Origin: Candidatus Saganbacteria bacterium
GTDB lineage: Bacteria > Margulisbacteria > WOR-1 > O2-12-FULL-45-9 > XYB2-FULL-48-7
Direction of reading: 5' to 3'
DNA length: 64,000 bases
Assembly: GCA_016939335.1 (NCBI GenBank)
Contig: JAFGHC010000002.1
Span: 2,147 to 66,146 of the forward strand
The notes below the pieces were generated by a model that did no database searches, was not told the DNA's origin, and saw only the letters and a program-made list of their open reading frames with translations. Position 1 is the stretch's first letter, and every line of letters begins with the position of its first letter. Positions 1-9,300 of the stretch are shown one piece after another. A program made the translations under genes and the position numbers.

Positions 1-424
1 TGACGATCCGTGGCAGATCTTCAGTTTTCTTGATCAGATAGCTGTGTTTGGAGATCGGCATGGTGATGCCGGTGACATCGGCCTCCTGGAACGAATCGCG
101 GCCGAGGAGCGGCGTAGCGACCTGGCCGGTGATGGCGATCAGCGGGATCGAATCCATGTGGGCGTTGGCGATGCCGGTCGTCAGGTTGGTGGCGCCGGGG
201 CCGGAAGTGGCCAAACAGACGCCGACTTTGCCGGTCGCCCGGGCGTAGCCGTCGGCCGCGTGGGCCGCCCCCTGCTCGTGGCGGACCAGGATATGCTTGA
301 TCCGCTTGTCGGCGTACATGGCGTCGTATAAGGGGAGGACCACGCCGCCGGGATAGCCGAAAATTATCTCCACCCCTTCGCGGTGCAGCGATTCGAGCAG
401 AGCTTGCGCGCCGGTCAGTTCCAT
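1..424 (-). CDS. ilvB: Acetolactate synthase large subunit (TPP enzyme), N-terminal part; truncated by window edge
   Basis: Reverse translation from the ATG at ~422-424 gives [101 protein letters not shown]..., a classic AHAS/TPP N-terminal domain. It is absent from the ORF track because no stop lies inside the window (the 21..470 minus ORF is in another frame). Confidence 0.8.
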   Translation of the reverse strand, partial: MELTGAQALLESLHREGVEIIFGYPGGVVLPLYDAMYADKRIKHILVRHEQGAAHAADGYARATGKVGVCLATSGPGATNLTTGIANAHMDSIPLIAITGQVATPLLGRDSFQEADVTGITMPISKHSYLIKKTEDLPRIV

Positions 425-506
425 ATATAAATTTTACCACAGGTAAACATTGAATTCGAGCCAAATACAACCAAAAATTATAGAAGAATTATGAGGTGCG
501 TATTTT

Positions 507-536
507 TTGACTTATCATAGTAAATAGGGATATAAT
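507..536 (+). promoter_or_regulatory. Sigma70-like promoter (TTGACT - 18 nt - TATAAT) in the AT-rich leader of the R-M operon
   Basis: tttTTGACTtatcatagtaaatagggaTATAATttg lies ~25 bp upstream of the methyltransferase ATG at 560. The region is far more AT-rich than its flanks. Confidence 0.4.
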
Positions 537-559
537 TTGAATGTTGATTACTTAATACT

Positions 560-1699
560 ATGGAATTTCGTCTTGGCGAGTTATTTTGTGGGCCGGGGGG
601 GTTGGCATTAGCCGCTCAACGCGCGGAGATTAATGTCAATGGCGAGGCATATTCAATAAAAACAGTTTGGGCAAATGATTATGATGAGGACACTTGTGAA
701 ACTTATAGAAATAACATAAGACCCGAAGAGTCTTCAAATGTTGTGTGCAAGGATGTCCGTAAACTTGATCTTTCCAATCTTCCAGAAATAGATGCTCTTT
801 CTTTTGGTTTCCCATGCAATGATTTCAGCGTTGTTGGACAACAAAGAGGCGTCGATGGGCTATTTGGGCCTTTATATGCTTATGGGGTGGAAGCACTAAA
901 TTATTTTCAGCCAAAATGGTTTCTTGCGGAAAATGTCGGCGGATTACGCAACGCGAATGAGGGGAATGCTTTTAAAGCCATTTTGAATGAATTATTTAAT
1001 GCGGGATATAATGTTTTCCCCCATTTATATAAATTTGAATATTATGGAGTTCCACAGGCGAGACACAGAATTATTATAATCGGGATTAGAAATGATTTAG
1101 ATTATTTTTTTAGGATACCATCTCCGACGACGATTAAACCGCTTACAAGTAAACACGCGCTTGAAAACCCTCCGATCCCTACTGATGCAAGCAACAATGA
1201 GTTAACAAAACAATCGGACATGGTTGTTGAGCGGCTAAAATATATTAGGCCAGGTGAAAATGTTTTTACTGCGAAATTGCCAGACCATTTAAAACTGAAC
1301 ATATCAGGCGCTAAAATAAGTCAAATATACAAGCGGCTTGACCCGGATAAGCCTGCTTATACGATAACCGGAAGCGGCGGCGGAGGGACCCATGTTTATC
1401 ATTGGAAGTTTAATAGGGCGTTAACAAACCGTGAGCGCGCAAGGCTTCAGACTTTCCCAGATGATTTTGTGTTTTCTGGCTCAAAGGAAAGCGTTAGAAA
1501 GCAAATTGGCATGGCCGTTTCTCCAATGGCGGCTAAGGTTATTTTTCGAGCCGTTTTATCTACTTTTGCCGGGATCGAGTATGAATATTGCGAGCCAAAT
1601 TTTGAGCCGTTGTTGCACGAAGAATTGTTGATGCAATTAGGGAAAGGCGCAACTAAAGAGTTGTTTAAGGGAAATATGTTGAGCGCTAGCCTAAAATAA
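560..1699 (+). CDS. DNA (cytosine-5)-methyltransferase (Dcm-type, Type II R-M modification subunit)
   Basis: m5C-MTase motifs are present: motif I ELFCGPGG, motif IV GFPCNDFS, motif VI ENVGGL, and C-terminal RERARLQTFPDDF. The gene is low-GC. Confidence 0.9.
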   Translation: MEFRLGELFCGPGGLALAAQRAEINVNGEAYSIKTVWANDYDEDTCETYRNNIRPEESSNVVCKDVRKLDLSNLPEIDALSFGFPCNDFSVVGQQRGVDGLFGPLYAYGVEALNYFQPKWFLAENVGGLRNANEGNAFKAILNELFNAGYNVFPHLYKFEYYGVPQARHRIIIIGIRNDLDYFFRIPSPTTIKPLTSKHALENPPIPTDASNNELTKQSDMVVERLKYIRPGENVFTAKLPDHLKLNISGAKISQIYKRLDPDKPAYTITGSGGGGTHVYHWKFNRALTNRERARLQTFPDDFVFSGSKESVRKQIGMAVSPMAAKVIFRAVLSTFAGIEYEYCEPNFEPLLHEELLMQLGKGATKELFKGNMLSASLK

Positions 1700-1702
1700 T
1701 TT

Positions 1703-2689
1703 ATGATAACGACAAACTTGTTTGATGAGATACTCTTAAAGCCCGCAACCGAGAACCCTTTTGATGAATTATGCATAGTAAGCGCATATGCAACTGGCGC
1801 CATGGCGTTTAGTCATCTTAATAAGCTGTCAGAAAAAGGTTCGAATATTAAAATATCATTGATTGTTGGGATGAGCGCGTCAGACGGTGTAAGTAAAAGC
1901 AATCACCGCTCTTTCCAGGAATTAATGTTAAAAACTTATCCCAAGAACTTCGAATGCAGCTATTTGTTTAAGGCCCCTCCAGTGCATTCAAAGATTTATG
2001 TTTGGAAGAGCGCGGGAAGGCCCAGCCTTTCTTTTTTGGGATCGGCAAATTATACACAAAATGCTTTTAGTTTAAATCAGAGAGAAGCAATGGCGCCTTG
2101 CGACCCCAATATAGCCAATGATTATTTTGTGAAACTTATTGACCAAGCCATTTATTGTACTCATCAAGATTCAGAGGCTCTGATTAGCATTTATAAAGAT
2201 AAAATCTTCCGTCGGTTTAGTAAGGGCAAAGAGCCGCCGGGGGTTGTGGACAAACAAGGTCCAAGATCGAATTATGTTGGGTTGCCCCACATAAAAATAA
2301 GCTTATTAGATAATAGCGGTGAGCTCCCTTCGCGTTCCGGGCTTAATTGGGGCCAACGTCCCGAAGAAGGTAGAGAGCCCAACCAAGCATATATAAGGCT
2401 CCCATCGGAAGTATATAGGTCGGACTTTTTCCCTGAAAGGCCAACTCAATTTACCGTTCTTACAGACGATAATAAGGTGCTCATTTGTTCCAGGGCGCAA
2501 GATAATGGAAAAGCAATCCATACGCCGCATAATAACAGTCTTATCGGAGAATATTTTAGAAACAGATTGGGCCTAAAATCTGGCGCGTTGATTAATCTTA
2601 CTGATTTACAGAAATATGGGAGATCAGATATTGATTTTTATAAAATAGACGATGAAACTTATTATATGGATTTTGCTGTGAATGGATAA
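1703..2689 (+). CDS. Putative Type II restriction endonuclease, phospholipase-D (PLD) family with C-terminal B3-like DNA-binding region (NgoFVII/BfiI-like)
   Basis: A single HxK...GSxN PLD motif is present (PPVHSKIYVWKSAGRPSLSFLGSANYT). The gene sits 3 bp after the C5-MTase and overlaps the vsr start by 8 bp (same operon). It is AT-rich. The assignment to the NgoFVII family is from memory of the domain architecture, not a search. Confidence 0.55.
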   Translation: MITTNLFDEILLKPATENPFDELCIVSAYATGAMAFSHLNKLSEKGSNIKISLIVGMSASDGVSKSNHRSFQELMLKTYPKNFECSYLFKAPPVHSKIYVWKSAGRPSLSFLGSANYTQNAFSLNQREAMAPCDPNIANDYFVKLIDQAIYCTHQDSEALISIYKDKIFRRFSKGKEPPGVVDKQGPRSNYVGLPHIKISLLDNSGELPSRSGLNWGQRPEEGREPNQAYIRLPSEVYRSDFFPERPTQFTVLTDDNKVLICSRAQDNGKAIHTPHNNSLIGEYFRNRLGLKSGALINLTDLQKYGRSDIDFYKIDDETYYMDFAVNG

Positions 2690-3107
2690 TCTGACCAAAG
2701 AACAGCGACGAAGAACAATGCAAAGCATCCGCTCAAAAAATTCCCAAGCAGAGTTGCTTTTGGCAAAATTATTGAGGAGAAATAAGATCAAGTTTCGGCG
2801 CCATCTCACAAGCTTGCCAGGGAGGCCCGACTTTGTTTTTAGCGATTCAAAAACAATTGTCTTTGTTGATTCTGATTTTTGGCATTTTAACTCAAGGCGA
2901 TTTGTGGCGCCTAAATCTAATGTTGGATATTGGCGCAAGAAAATACTTTTTAATCGTCTGCATGATAAAAAAATCAATGCTACGTTGAGAAAAATGGGAT
3001 GGTTTGTCATAAGGCTTTGGGAATATGATATTAAACATGATTTGAACAGACAAATAGACAAGATTAAAAGAAAAACAGGATTGTCTCGCCTCGTTTTAAG
3101 CCACTAA
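2682..3107 (+). CDS. vsr: Very-short-patch-repair endonuclease (Vsr; T:G mismatch endonuclease accompanying m5C methyltransferases)
   Basis: MQSIRSKNSQAELLLAKLL...LPGRPDFVFSDSKTIVFVDSDFWHF... matches the Vsr signature (LPGxPD...FVDGCFWH-like). Its position directly after the dcm-type MTase matches the known dcm-vsr pairing. Confidence 0.85.
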   Translation: MDNLTKEQRRRTMQSIRSKNSQAELLLAKLLRRNKIKFRRHLTSLPGRPDFVFSDSKTIVFVDSDFWHFNSRRFVAPKSNVGYWRKKILFNRLHDKKINATLRKMGWFVIRLWEYDIKHDLNRQIDKIKRKTGLSRLVLSH

Positions 3108-3167
3108 AAACAAGTCTCTTCAAGGGTCTCATGACATAAGTTAATTAGGCCGTGTTTTTAATTCAGG

Positions 3168-4811
3168 CTATTTCAAAACCGCCCCGGTGCTGGCGGATGT
3201 GACCATCCGCTGATATCTGGCCAGCCACCCCTTGGTGAATTTCGGCTTCGGTTCCTTCCACTGCGCCAGCCGCACGTCGATCTCGTTATCGCTCAGCTTG
3301 AGGTGCAGTTTCCGGTTCGGGATGTCTATTTCAATAATATCGCCGTCCTCGACCGCGGCGATCGGGCCGCCCTCCGCCGCTTCCGGTGAAACGTGGCCGA
3401 TGCACGGCCCGCGCGTTCCGCCGGAAAAGCGCCCGTCGGTGATCAGCGCGACCGACTCCGCCATCCCCATCCCGGCGATCGCCGAGGTCGGGTAGAGCAT
3501 CTCGCGCATCCCCGGCCCCCCCTTCGGCCCCTCGTAGCGGATGACCACCACATCGCCCGGTTTGACTTTGCCGGCCAGGATCGCGCGCTGGGCAGCGTCC
3601 TCGGAATCAAAGACCTTGGCCGGGCCGGTATGCTTCATCATTTTGGCCGAGACAGCGGTTTGCTTGACGACGCTCCCTTCCGGCGCCAGGTTCCCTTTCA
3701 GGACCGCCAGGCTCCCCTGCTTGTGGTAAGGATGGGTGAGCGGGCGGATGACCTCTTTGTCGAAAACCTCGCCGGCCGCCGCGATCTGCTTAATCGTCAG
3801 GCCGGAAACGGTCGGATTGTTGAGCAAAAAACGCGACAGGACGTGCAACGCGCCCGGCACGCCGCCGGCGTGCTCCAGGTCCTCCATGAAATGGTTGCCC
3901 CCCGGCCGGATGCTGGCGATGTGCGGGGTCGCCTTGCCAATCCGGTCGAAGAGCTCGACCGGCAGCTCGATCCCCGCCTCATGGGCGATCGCCGTCAGAT
4001 GGAGAACTGCGTTGGTCGAACCGCCGAGCGCCATATCGAGCCGGATCGCGTTCCTAAAGGCCTTCAGCGTCATGATCTTTCTCGGCGTCAGGTTCTTTCC
4101 GACCAGCTCAACCGCCCGCTTGCCGCTTTCGTAAGCGATCATTTTTTTCTTTGACGAGACGGCGAGCGCCGTGCCGCAGTAGGGGAGCGACATACCGAGC
4201 GCTTCGGCGGAACAAGCCATCGTGTTGGCGGTGAACATGCCCGAGCAGGCGCCGGCGCCGGGACAGGCGTTCAGCGCTAAATTGTCCAGTTCGGCCTTGC
4301 TGATCTTCCCCTGTTTGTAGGCGGCGTCGGCCTCGAAGGTGTCATGGACAAGGTCGAGCCGCGTCATTTTATAGCAGCCGGTCAGCATCGGCCCGGCGGT
4401 CACGACGATCGCCGGGATGTTCAGGCGGGCGGCGGCCATCAGCATCCCCGGCGTGATCTTGTCGCAGGCGGTCAGCAACACTAGGCCGTCGAGCTGGTGC
4501 GCCTCGGCCATCGTTTCGACCGCGTCGGCGATCAGTTCGCGCGAGGGGAGCGAGTAGTGCATGCCGTTGTGCCCCATGGCGATCCCGTCGCAGATCGCCG
4601 GCAGGCCGAAAGTGAACGAAACGCCGCCGCCGGCGTGGATCCCTTTCTCGATCGCCCGCTCGAGCGAGCGCATGTCGACGTGGCCGGGGACGAGGTCGGT
4701 GAAGCTCGAAGCGAGCCCGATGAACGGCTTGTGCAGCTCTTCGGGCGAGACCCCGGTGGCGTGCAGCAGCGAGCGGATCGGCGCCTTTTTCTTCAAAGCA
4801 TCACTTCTCAT
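3168..4811 (-). CDS. ilvD: Dihydroxy-acid dehydratase
   Basis: Full-length 547 aa protein with IlvD/EDD family hallmarks ([22 protein letters not shown], [12 protein letters not shown], [23 protein letters not shown]). Confidence 0.95.
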   Translation of the reverse strand: MRSDALKKKAPIRSLLHATGVSPEELHKPFIGLASSFTDLVPGHVDMRSLERAIEKGIHAGGGVSFTFGLPAICDGIAMGHNGMHYSLPSRELIADAVETMAEAHQLDGLVLLTACDKITPGMLMAAARLNIPAIVVTAGPMLTGCYKMTRLDLVHDTFEADAAYKQGKISKAELDNLALNACPGAGACSGMFTANTMACSAEALGMSLPYCGTALAVSSKKKMIAYESGKRAVELVGKNLTPRKIMTLKAFRNAIRLDMALGGSTNAVLHLTAIAHEAGIELPVELFDRIGKATPHIASIRPGGNHFMEDLEHAGGVPGALHVLSRFLLNNPTVSGLTIKQIAAAGEVFDKEVIRPLTHPYHKQGSLAVLKGNLAPEGSVVKQTAVSAKMMKHTGPAKVFDSEDAAQRAILAGKVKPGDVVVIRYEGPKGGPGMREMLYPTSAIAGMGMAESVALITDGRFSGGTRGPCIGHVSPEAAEGGPIAAVEDGDIIEIDIPNRKLHLKLSDNEIDVRLAQWKEPKPKFTKGWLARYQRMVTSASTGAVLK

Positions 4812-5037
4812 TTTTCTCTTCCCCCTCTTCCAGTAATCCGGCGATCCATTTGAGCGCGCCGCGCGCTTCGTAGACCCCTTCTTTGACCTGCGGTTTCTTG
4901 GCCTTCTCGCCCAGCGTCAGGAGATAGGCGACCTTACCGGCCCGGGTCTTGATATTGGCCAGCCGGGTCTGCTTGAGCAGGTCCTCGCTCAAATAGGGCG
5001 CGATGCCGAAAGCTCCCAGCCCGTGTATTTCCGTCAT
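4801..5037 (-). CDS. Small hypothetical protein (78 aa), overlaps ilvD start by 11 bp
   Basis: Protein-like composition with GC-rich third codon positions; translationally coupled to ilvD. No family recognised. Confidence 0.4.
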   Translation of the reverse strand: MTEIHGLGAFGIAPYLSEDLLKQTRLANIKTRAGKVAYLLTLGEKAKKPQVKEGVYEARGALKWIAGLLEEGEEKNEK

Positions 5038-5375
5038 TCTTTCTCCGTGACCTGCGGCGGCAGGAGCGTGACCAGGTCCTCGACGTCGGCGCGGGCGAAC
5101 AGGTAGCCGACCAGCCGCTTGAATTCCCTGATCTCCCCGGCCGCGCCCGGTTTTTTGTCGACGATTATTTTGCCGGCCTCCCGGTCGTACTCAAAGACCT
5201 GGAACGGCGTCCCCCCGCCCGGCTGGTAGACCAGCACCCAGTGGCCGCCGTCGATGCCGAGCGCCATCTTGCTCCCGTCGGGGAGCGCCAGCTCTTCGCT
5301 GCGGAAAGCGATCGTGCCGATGAAATTCTTGTCCAAAAAATCGGTCTGGCCGAGATAGCCGGCGATCGTGGTCAT
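5034..5375 (-). CDS. Hypothetical protein (113 aa)
   Basis: Clean ORF with a 4-bp overlap onto the downstream small ORF. No recognisable motif. Confidence 0.45.
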   Translation of the reverse strand: MTTIAGYLGQTDFLDKNFIGTIAFRSEELALPDGSKMALGIDGGHWVLVYQPGGGTPFQVFEYDREAGKIIVDKKPGAAGEIREFKRLVGYLFARADVEDLVTLLPPQVTEKE

Positions 5376-5419
5376 TGCGGCAATTATAACTCAAATCGGG
5401 CAAGATTTCAGCCGGGAGT

Positions 5420-7024
5420 TTGAGCTCGTTCGGCCGCTATTTTAGCGGTCTTAAAAAAACTGAAATTCAGGCCGAAAAGCGACGATATAGAAAAAGGAGA
5501 GAACAAATGGGGAATGGTCTTGTTGGAACTATCAGCGGCACTGTAAAACACAGGGTCTTTAACTGTGTTGGCAAGTTTTTTAACGTGGCACCTGCTCAAA
5601 GGAAATTGGTAGGGCGGTTAATGCCCCAGAGCATATTTACTCTCGATGGGCGAATCTACGAACCTTTTGTCCCTCATTTAGTGGTGGAGATCTCGAAAGT
5701 ATGCCCGCTCCCGGGCAAGAAAGGCGCGGCGGAACTGATTGCTGAATTGAGAAGCGGAAAGTTGCTTGCTCCGCTTGATGCCGGCAATGTTTATCAGGCG
5801 ATGCTGGCTGAAGAGAAAAGCCTTCTTGATTTGGCCTCGACCGGTCAAAACCTCAGAACATTGACCCGACGGCAGTTGGCTTTGCAGGGACTGGTTCAGG
5901 AATTGGGATATTCAGCTGTGGAGAATCGCAAGGTAGCGACCAAGTGCATTCTTCAAACTCTCGGTTTCAGCGGAGTCCGGGTCTATGATCTTGATCTGGA
6001 AAATAGAACCTGGGAGCATCTGTATACTGAAGGAGAGGAGGGGCAATCGCGTTTTCTTAAACCAAAAGTCCCGGCGGAGCAATCGGAAAAAGCATTTATA
6101 ACAAAACTGGCTGCCGGGGAGGTTCTGGAAGATGTGGCCAGCAGAGCGAGAAGGGACGGCCTCTATTCGTGGGTGGCGGACTCCCATGGCTGGAAATCGC
6201 TCCATATCCCGGATCGAGGCAAATGTGACTTTGTCGATAAAGACCAATTAGTCAGGGATGAAGAAGGGGATGCGGCTCAGGGCAGGGCCGGCGTCGGTTC
6301 CGGTCTCGCCCGTGAAATATTTTATCTGGTTTTCAATGGCGCCAGCGAACAGCACAAAGAAATTTACATGATAACGAACTGGGCAACCGGCCGGCCGCTC
6401 TTTTCCAATAAAGCCCAGGACCTTGCCCTCCTGCGCACTTTTGCCACTTCGGTGGCGCGGGCGAACCAACTGGTGGCTGCTTACCAGAAGCTGGAGGACA
6501 CGTCGGTGCATGATGAATTAACAAGGTTGCACAACCGCCGTTATTTTAACTCGAAGATCGAATCAGAGTTTCAGCGCGCCTTTCGTTACAACCACCCATT
6601 TTCTTTTCTTATGATCGATGTGGATCATTTTAAATCTGTCAATGATACGTACAGCCATGAGGGCGGGGATTATGTCCTGCAGGAGATCGCCGGGCTTTTC
6701 CTAGCTCCCGATTCTTTATTGATCCGCAAGAAAATAGATACGATTGCCAGGTGGGGAGGAGAAGAGTTTGCGATTATCTTGCCTGAAACCGAAAGCGAGC
6801 CGGCCAGACTGGTCGGAGACCGGATCAGGGAAGCCGTCTCGGCACACAATTTTACTTACAAAGGCAATGGGTTCCCGATCACGATCAGCGTCGGAATCGC
6901 CACGTATCCATTTCATGCCAAGTCAATCGGCGACTTGATTCATGAGGCAGACACTGCTATGTACAAAGCTAAATCAAAAGGGAGGAATACAGTCGTTGTC
7001 GCGGCTTCGCCTTCCGCCGCATAG
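5420..7024 (+). CDS. Diguanylate cyclase (GGDEF domain) with N-terminal sensory region
   Basis: C-terminal GGDEF domain: RLHNRRYFNSKIE...FSFLMIDVDHFKSVNDTYSHEGGDYVLQEIAGLF...RWGGEEFAIILPET (GGEEF active site). The true start may be an internal Met (e.g. MGNGLV). Confidence 0.85.
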   Translation: MSSFGRYFSGLKKTEIQAEKRRYRKRREQMGNGLVGTISGTVKHRVFNCVGKFFNVAPAQRKLVGRLMPQSIFTLDGRIYEPFVPHLVVEISKVCPLPGKKGAAELIAELRSGKLLAPLDAGNVYQAMLAEEKSLLDLASTGQNLRTLTRRQLALQGLVQELGYSAVENRKVATKCILQTLGFSGVRVYDLDLENRTWEHLYTEGEEGQSRFLKPKVPAEQSEKAFITKLAAGEVLEDVASRARRDGLYSWVADSHGWKSLHIPDRGKCDFVDKDQLVRDEEGDAAQGRAGVGSGLAREIFYLVFNGASEQHKEIYMITNWATGRPLFSNKAQDLALLRTFATSVARANQLVAAYQKLEDTSVHDELTRLHNRRYFNSKIESEFQRAFRYNHPFSFLMIDVDHFKSVNDTYSHEGGDYVLQEIAGLFLAPDSLLIRKKIDTIARWGGEEFAIILPETESEPARLVGDRIREAVSAHNFTYKGNGFPITISVGIATYPFHAKSIGDLIHEADTAMYKAKSKGRNTVVVAASPSAA

Positions 7025-7065
7025 CCTATTGCCGCCCATAATTTCCATGTTATAATTCCTTTATC

Positions 7066-8127
7066 ATGCTCCGCTATATCACCGCCGGCGAATCACACGG
7101 CAAAGCGATAATCGCCATCTTAGAGGGCTGTCCGGCCAACCTTGCCCTAACGCCCGAAGATATCAAGAAAGAACTGGTTCGCCGCCAGGAGGGGCACGGC
7201 CGCGGCGCGCGGATGAAGATCGAGGCCGATCAGGCCGAGATCATTTCCGGCCTGTGCCATGGCAAGACGATCGGCAGTCCGCTCGCCCTGCTCATCCCCA
7301 ACAAAAGCACCGAATTAGCGGAACAACCCTTCACCCAGCTCCGCCCCGGCCACGCCGACCTCGCCGGCGCGCTTAAATACGGCCAGAAAGATGTGAGGAA
7401 TATTGTTGAGCGGGCCTCGGCGCGGGAAACCGCCGGCCGGGTGGCGGCCGGCGCCGTCTGCCGCAAACTGCTTGCCGAGTTCGGCATCAAGATCGAAAGC
7501 AAAACACTGGCGCTTGGCGGCTCGACCAAAGAAGCGGAATGGAACGGCTTGATCGACCAGGCGCGCGAAAAAGGGGATTCGGTCGGCGGCGTCTTTGAGG
7601 TCGTGGCGACCGGCGTACCGGTTGGCCTCGGCAGTTACGCCCAGTGGGACAGCCGGCTTGACGGGGCGCTGGCTCGGGCGGTCATGTCGGTCCCGGGGAT
7701 CAAAGGGGTCGAGATCGGACTCGGGTTTGAGGCGGCCAAACGGCCCGGTTCCCAGGTCCATGACGCGATCTTCTATGATAAGTCGCGAGTCGCGAGTCAC
7801 GGGTCGGGATTCTATCGTAAAACTAACAATGCCGGGGGGATCGAGGGAGGCATCAGCAACGGCGAGCCGATCGTCATCCGGGCGGCGATGAAGCCGATCC
7901 CGACGCTCCGCAACCCGCTTCCTTCCGTTGACCTGGCCACCAAGGCGGCGGCACAGGCCCGCGTTGAGCGCGCCGACATCAGCGCGGTCGACTCGGCCGG
8001 GGTGATCGGGGAGGCGGTAGCGGCTTTTGAGATCGCCCGGGCTTTCCTGGAAAAATTCGGCGGCGACAGCCTGGAAGAGGTCAGGGACAACTTTAACGCT
8101 TATCAAAAACGCTCCGCTGTGCTATAA
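7066..8127 (+). CDS. aroC: Chorismate synthase
   Basis: [26 protein letters not shown]..., ...[20 protein letters not shown] and other AroC signatures. Contains an in-frame heptamer repeat (see findings). Confidence 0.95.
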   Translation: MLRYITAGESHGKAIIAILEGCPANLALTPEDIKKELVRRQEGHGRGARMKIEADQAEIISGLCHGKTIGSPLALLIPNKSTELAEQPFTQLRPGHADLAGALKYGQKDVRNIVERASARETAGRVAAGAVCRKLLAEFGIKIESKTLALGGSTKEAEWNGLIDQAREKGDSVGGVFEVVATGVPVGLGSYAQWDSRLDGALARAVMSVPGIKGVEIGLGFEAAKRPGSQVHDAIFYDKSRVASHGSGFYRKTNNAGGIEGGISNGEPIVIRAAMKPIPTLRNPLPSVDLATKAAAQARVERADISAVDSAGVIGEAVAAFEIARAFLEKFGGDSLEEVRDNFNAYQKRSAVL

Positions 8128-8139
8128 TACCCTCCAGTT

Positions 8140-8529
8140 ATGTCGGCTAAAATCAAACTTCAGAGGATGGGGACCAAGAGCAAGCCGTTCTACCGCGTTG
8201 TGATCCAGGACGAGGCGCGTTCGACCGTCAGCAGCGTCGTTGACGTGCTGGGCCAGTACCAGCCGCTCGGCGGGACGGGCGCCTTCAGCGTTGATCGCGA
8301 GAAGACCCTCGCCTGGCTCAAGAAAGGGGCCCGGCCGACCGACCGGGTGCGGATCCTGCTGGGTAAGGCCGGCATTATGCCGGCGATTGACCTGGCCGCG
8401 CTGCCGAAGCGCAAGAAGAAAGGCGAAACTGCCCCAGCCCCGGAAGCCGCTCCGGCTCCGGAAGCTCCCGCGGCGGAAAGCGCGCCGGTCGCTCCCGCTC
8501 CGCCCGCGCCTGCCGCGCCAGCTGCTTAA
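8140..8529 (+). CDS. rpsP: 30S ribosomal protein S16 with Ala/Pro-rich C-terminal extension
   Basis: MSAKIKLQRMGTKSKPFYRVVIQDEARS... is the canonical S16 N-terminus. The C-terminal (APAPEA)n low-complexity tail is an extension. Confidence 0.9.
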   Translation: MSAKIKLQRMGTKSKPFYRVVIQDEARSTVSSVVDVLGQYQPLGGTGAFSVDREKTLAWLKKGARPTDRVRILLGKAGIMPAIDLAALPKRKKKGETAPAPEAAPAPEAPAAESAPVAPAPPAPAAPAA

Positions 8530-8541
8530 CTTGAAATTAAA

Positions 8542-8784
8542 ATGAAAGAGCTTGTTGAATACATCGTCAAATCACTGGCGGACAAGCCCGAGGCGGTCGA
8601 GATCAGCGAAACCCAGCGTGAGCTGGCGACCGTGATCGAGGTCCGCACGGCCCCCGAGGACGCGGGGAAGATCATCGGCCGCGAAGGGCGGATCGCCAAC
8701 GCCATCCGCGCCATCGTCAGGGCGGCCTCGGCCAAACAGCAGAAAAGGATCTCGGTCGAGATTATGACTGAAAAGGAGAAATAA
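8542..8784 (+). CDS. khpA: KH-domain RNA-binding protein (YlqC/KhpA family)
   Basis: 80 aa protein with a GxxG-type KH motif (IGREGRIANAIRAI), in the conserved position after rpsP. Confidence 0.8.
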   Translation: MKELVEYIVKSLADKPEAVEISETQRELATVIEVRTAPEDAGKIIGREGRIANAIRAIVRAASAKQQKRISVEIMTEKEK

Positions 8785-8785
8785 A

Positions 8786-9211
8786 ATGGCAGAAAAAGGA
8801 GCGATCGAATTAAAACGGGTGGTCATGGTCAAGGCAATCGTTACGGAGCCGTTCAAACAGAATCTGATCAAGGAACTGGAACGGGCGGTCGCTAATCTCG
8901 ACGCCCAGCTCAACCAGATGGAGGTCCAGAGCAAGAACTATCTGGAAGACCTGAAAAAGAAAGGCCTGATGCAGAAGGCCGCCGCTTTCAAGCACCAGCT
9001 CGATGAAGAGCGGGCGCGCCAGGCCGCCTCGAAGGCCGATCTGACGATGAAGATCGAAGAAGCCAAGCGGCTCCAGCTGGGGAACGAATTCGTCCAGGGG
9101 CCGCTGGAAGGGCCGGTCCAGGTCGGCATCGGCGACAACCTTTATAAAAAAGTCGGCGGGGCCGAGATCGTTGTCAAAGACGGGATCGTCCAGGAGATCC
9201 GCGGCGTCTAG
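8786..9211 (+). CDS. YlqD-like coiled-coil protein (hypothetical)
   Basis: 141 aa charged coiled-coil protein in the slot occupied by ylqD in the Bacillus rpsP-ylqC-ylqD-rimM-trmD cluster. It is not RimM (no PRC-barrel signature). Confidence 0.45.
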   Translation: MAEKGAIELKRVVMVKAIVTEPFKQNLIKELERAVANLDAQLNQMEVQSKNYLEDLKKKGLMQKAAAFKHQLDEERARQAASKADLTMKIEEAKRLQLGNEFVQGPLEGPVQVGIGDNLYKKVGGAEIVVKDGIVQEIRGV

Positions 9212-9221
9212 ATAGAGAGAA

Positions 9222-9292
9222 GATGAACCCCCACGCTAAAGTGTGGGGAATGACAATAATTCCCCATACTTTCAGTATGGGGATTATTATAA
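9222..9292 (+). other. Two adjacent stable hairpins in the ylqD-trmD intergenic region (possible attenuator/processing or REP-like structure)
   Basis: The first is CCCCACGC-uaaa-GUGUGGGG (8 bp with one G.U pair). The second is CCCCAUACU-uuc-AGUAUGGGG (9 bp). Both are built on CCCCA/TGGGG arms. No U-tract follows either. Confidence 0.3.
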
Positions 9293-9300
9293 GATAAGCC

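Noticed and set aside
21-470. 149-aa minus-strand ORF and two small plus-strand ORFs (44..331, 48..248) at the window start
   Set aside because: All are alternative frames of the ilvB N-terminus. The real gene ([10 protein letters not shown]...) reads in another minus frame and runs off the window, so it has no stop and was missed by the ORF track.
3393-4154. 253-aa plus-strand ORF inside ilvD
   Set aside because: Antisense to the fully conserved ilvD. Arg-rich shadow frame.
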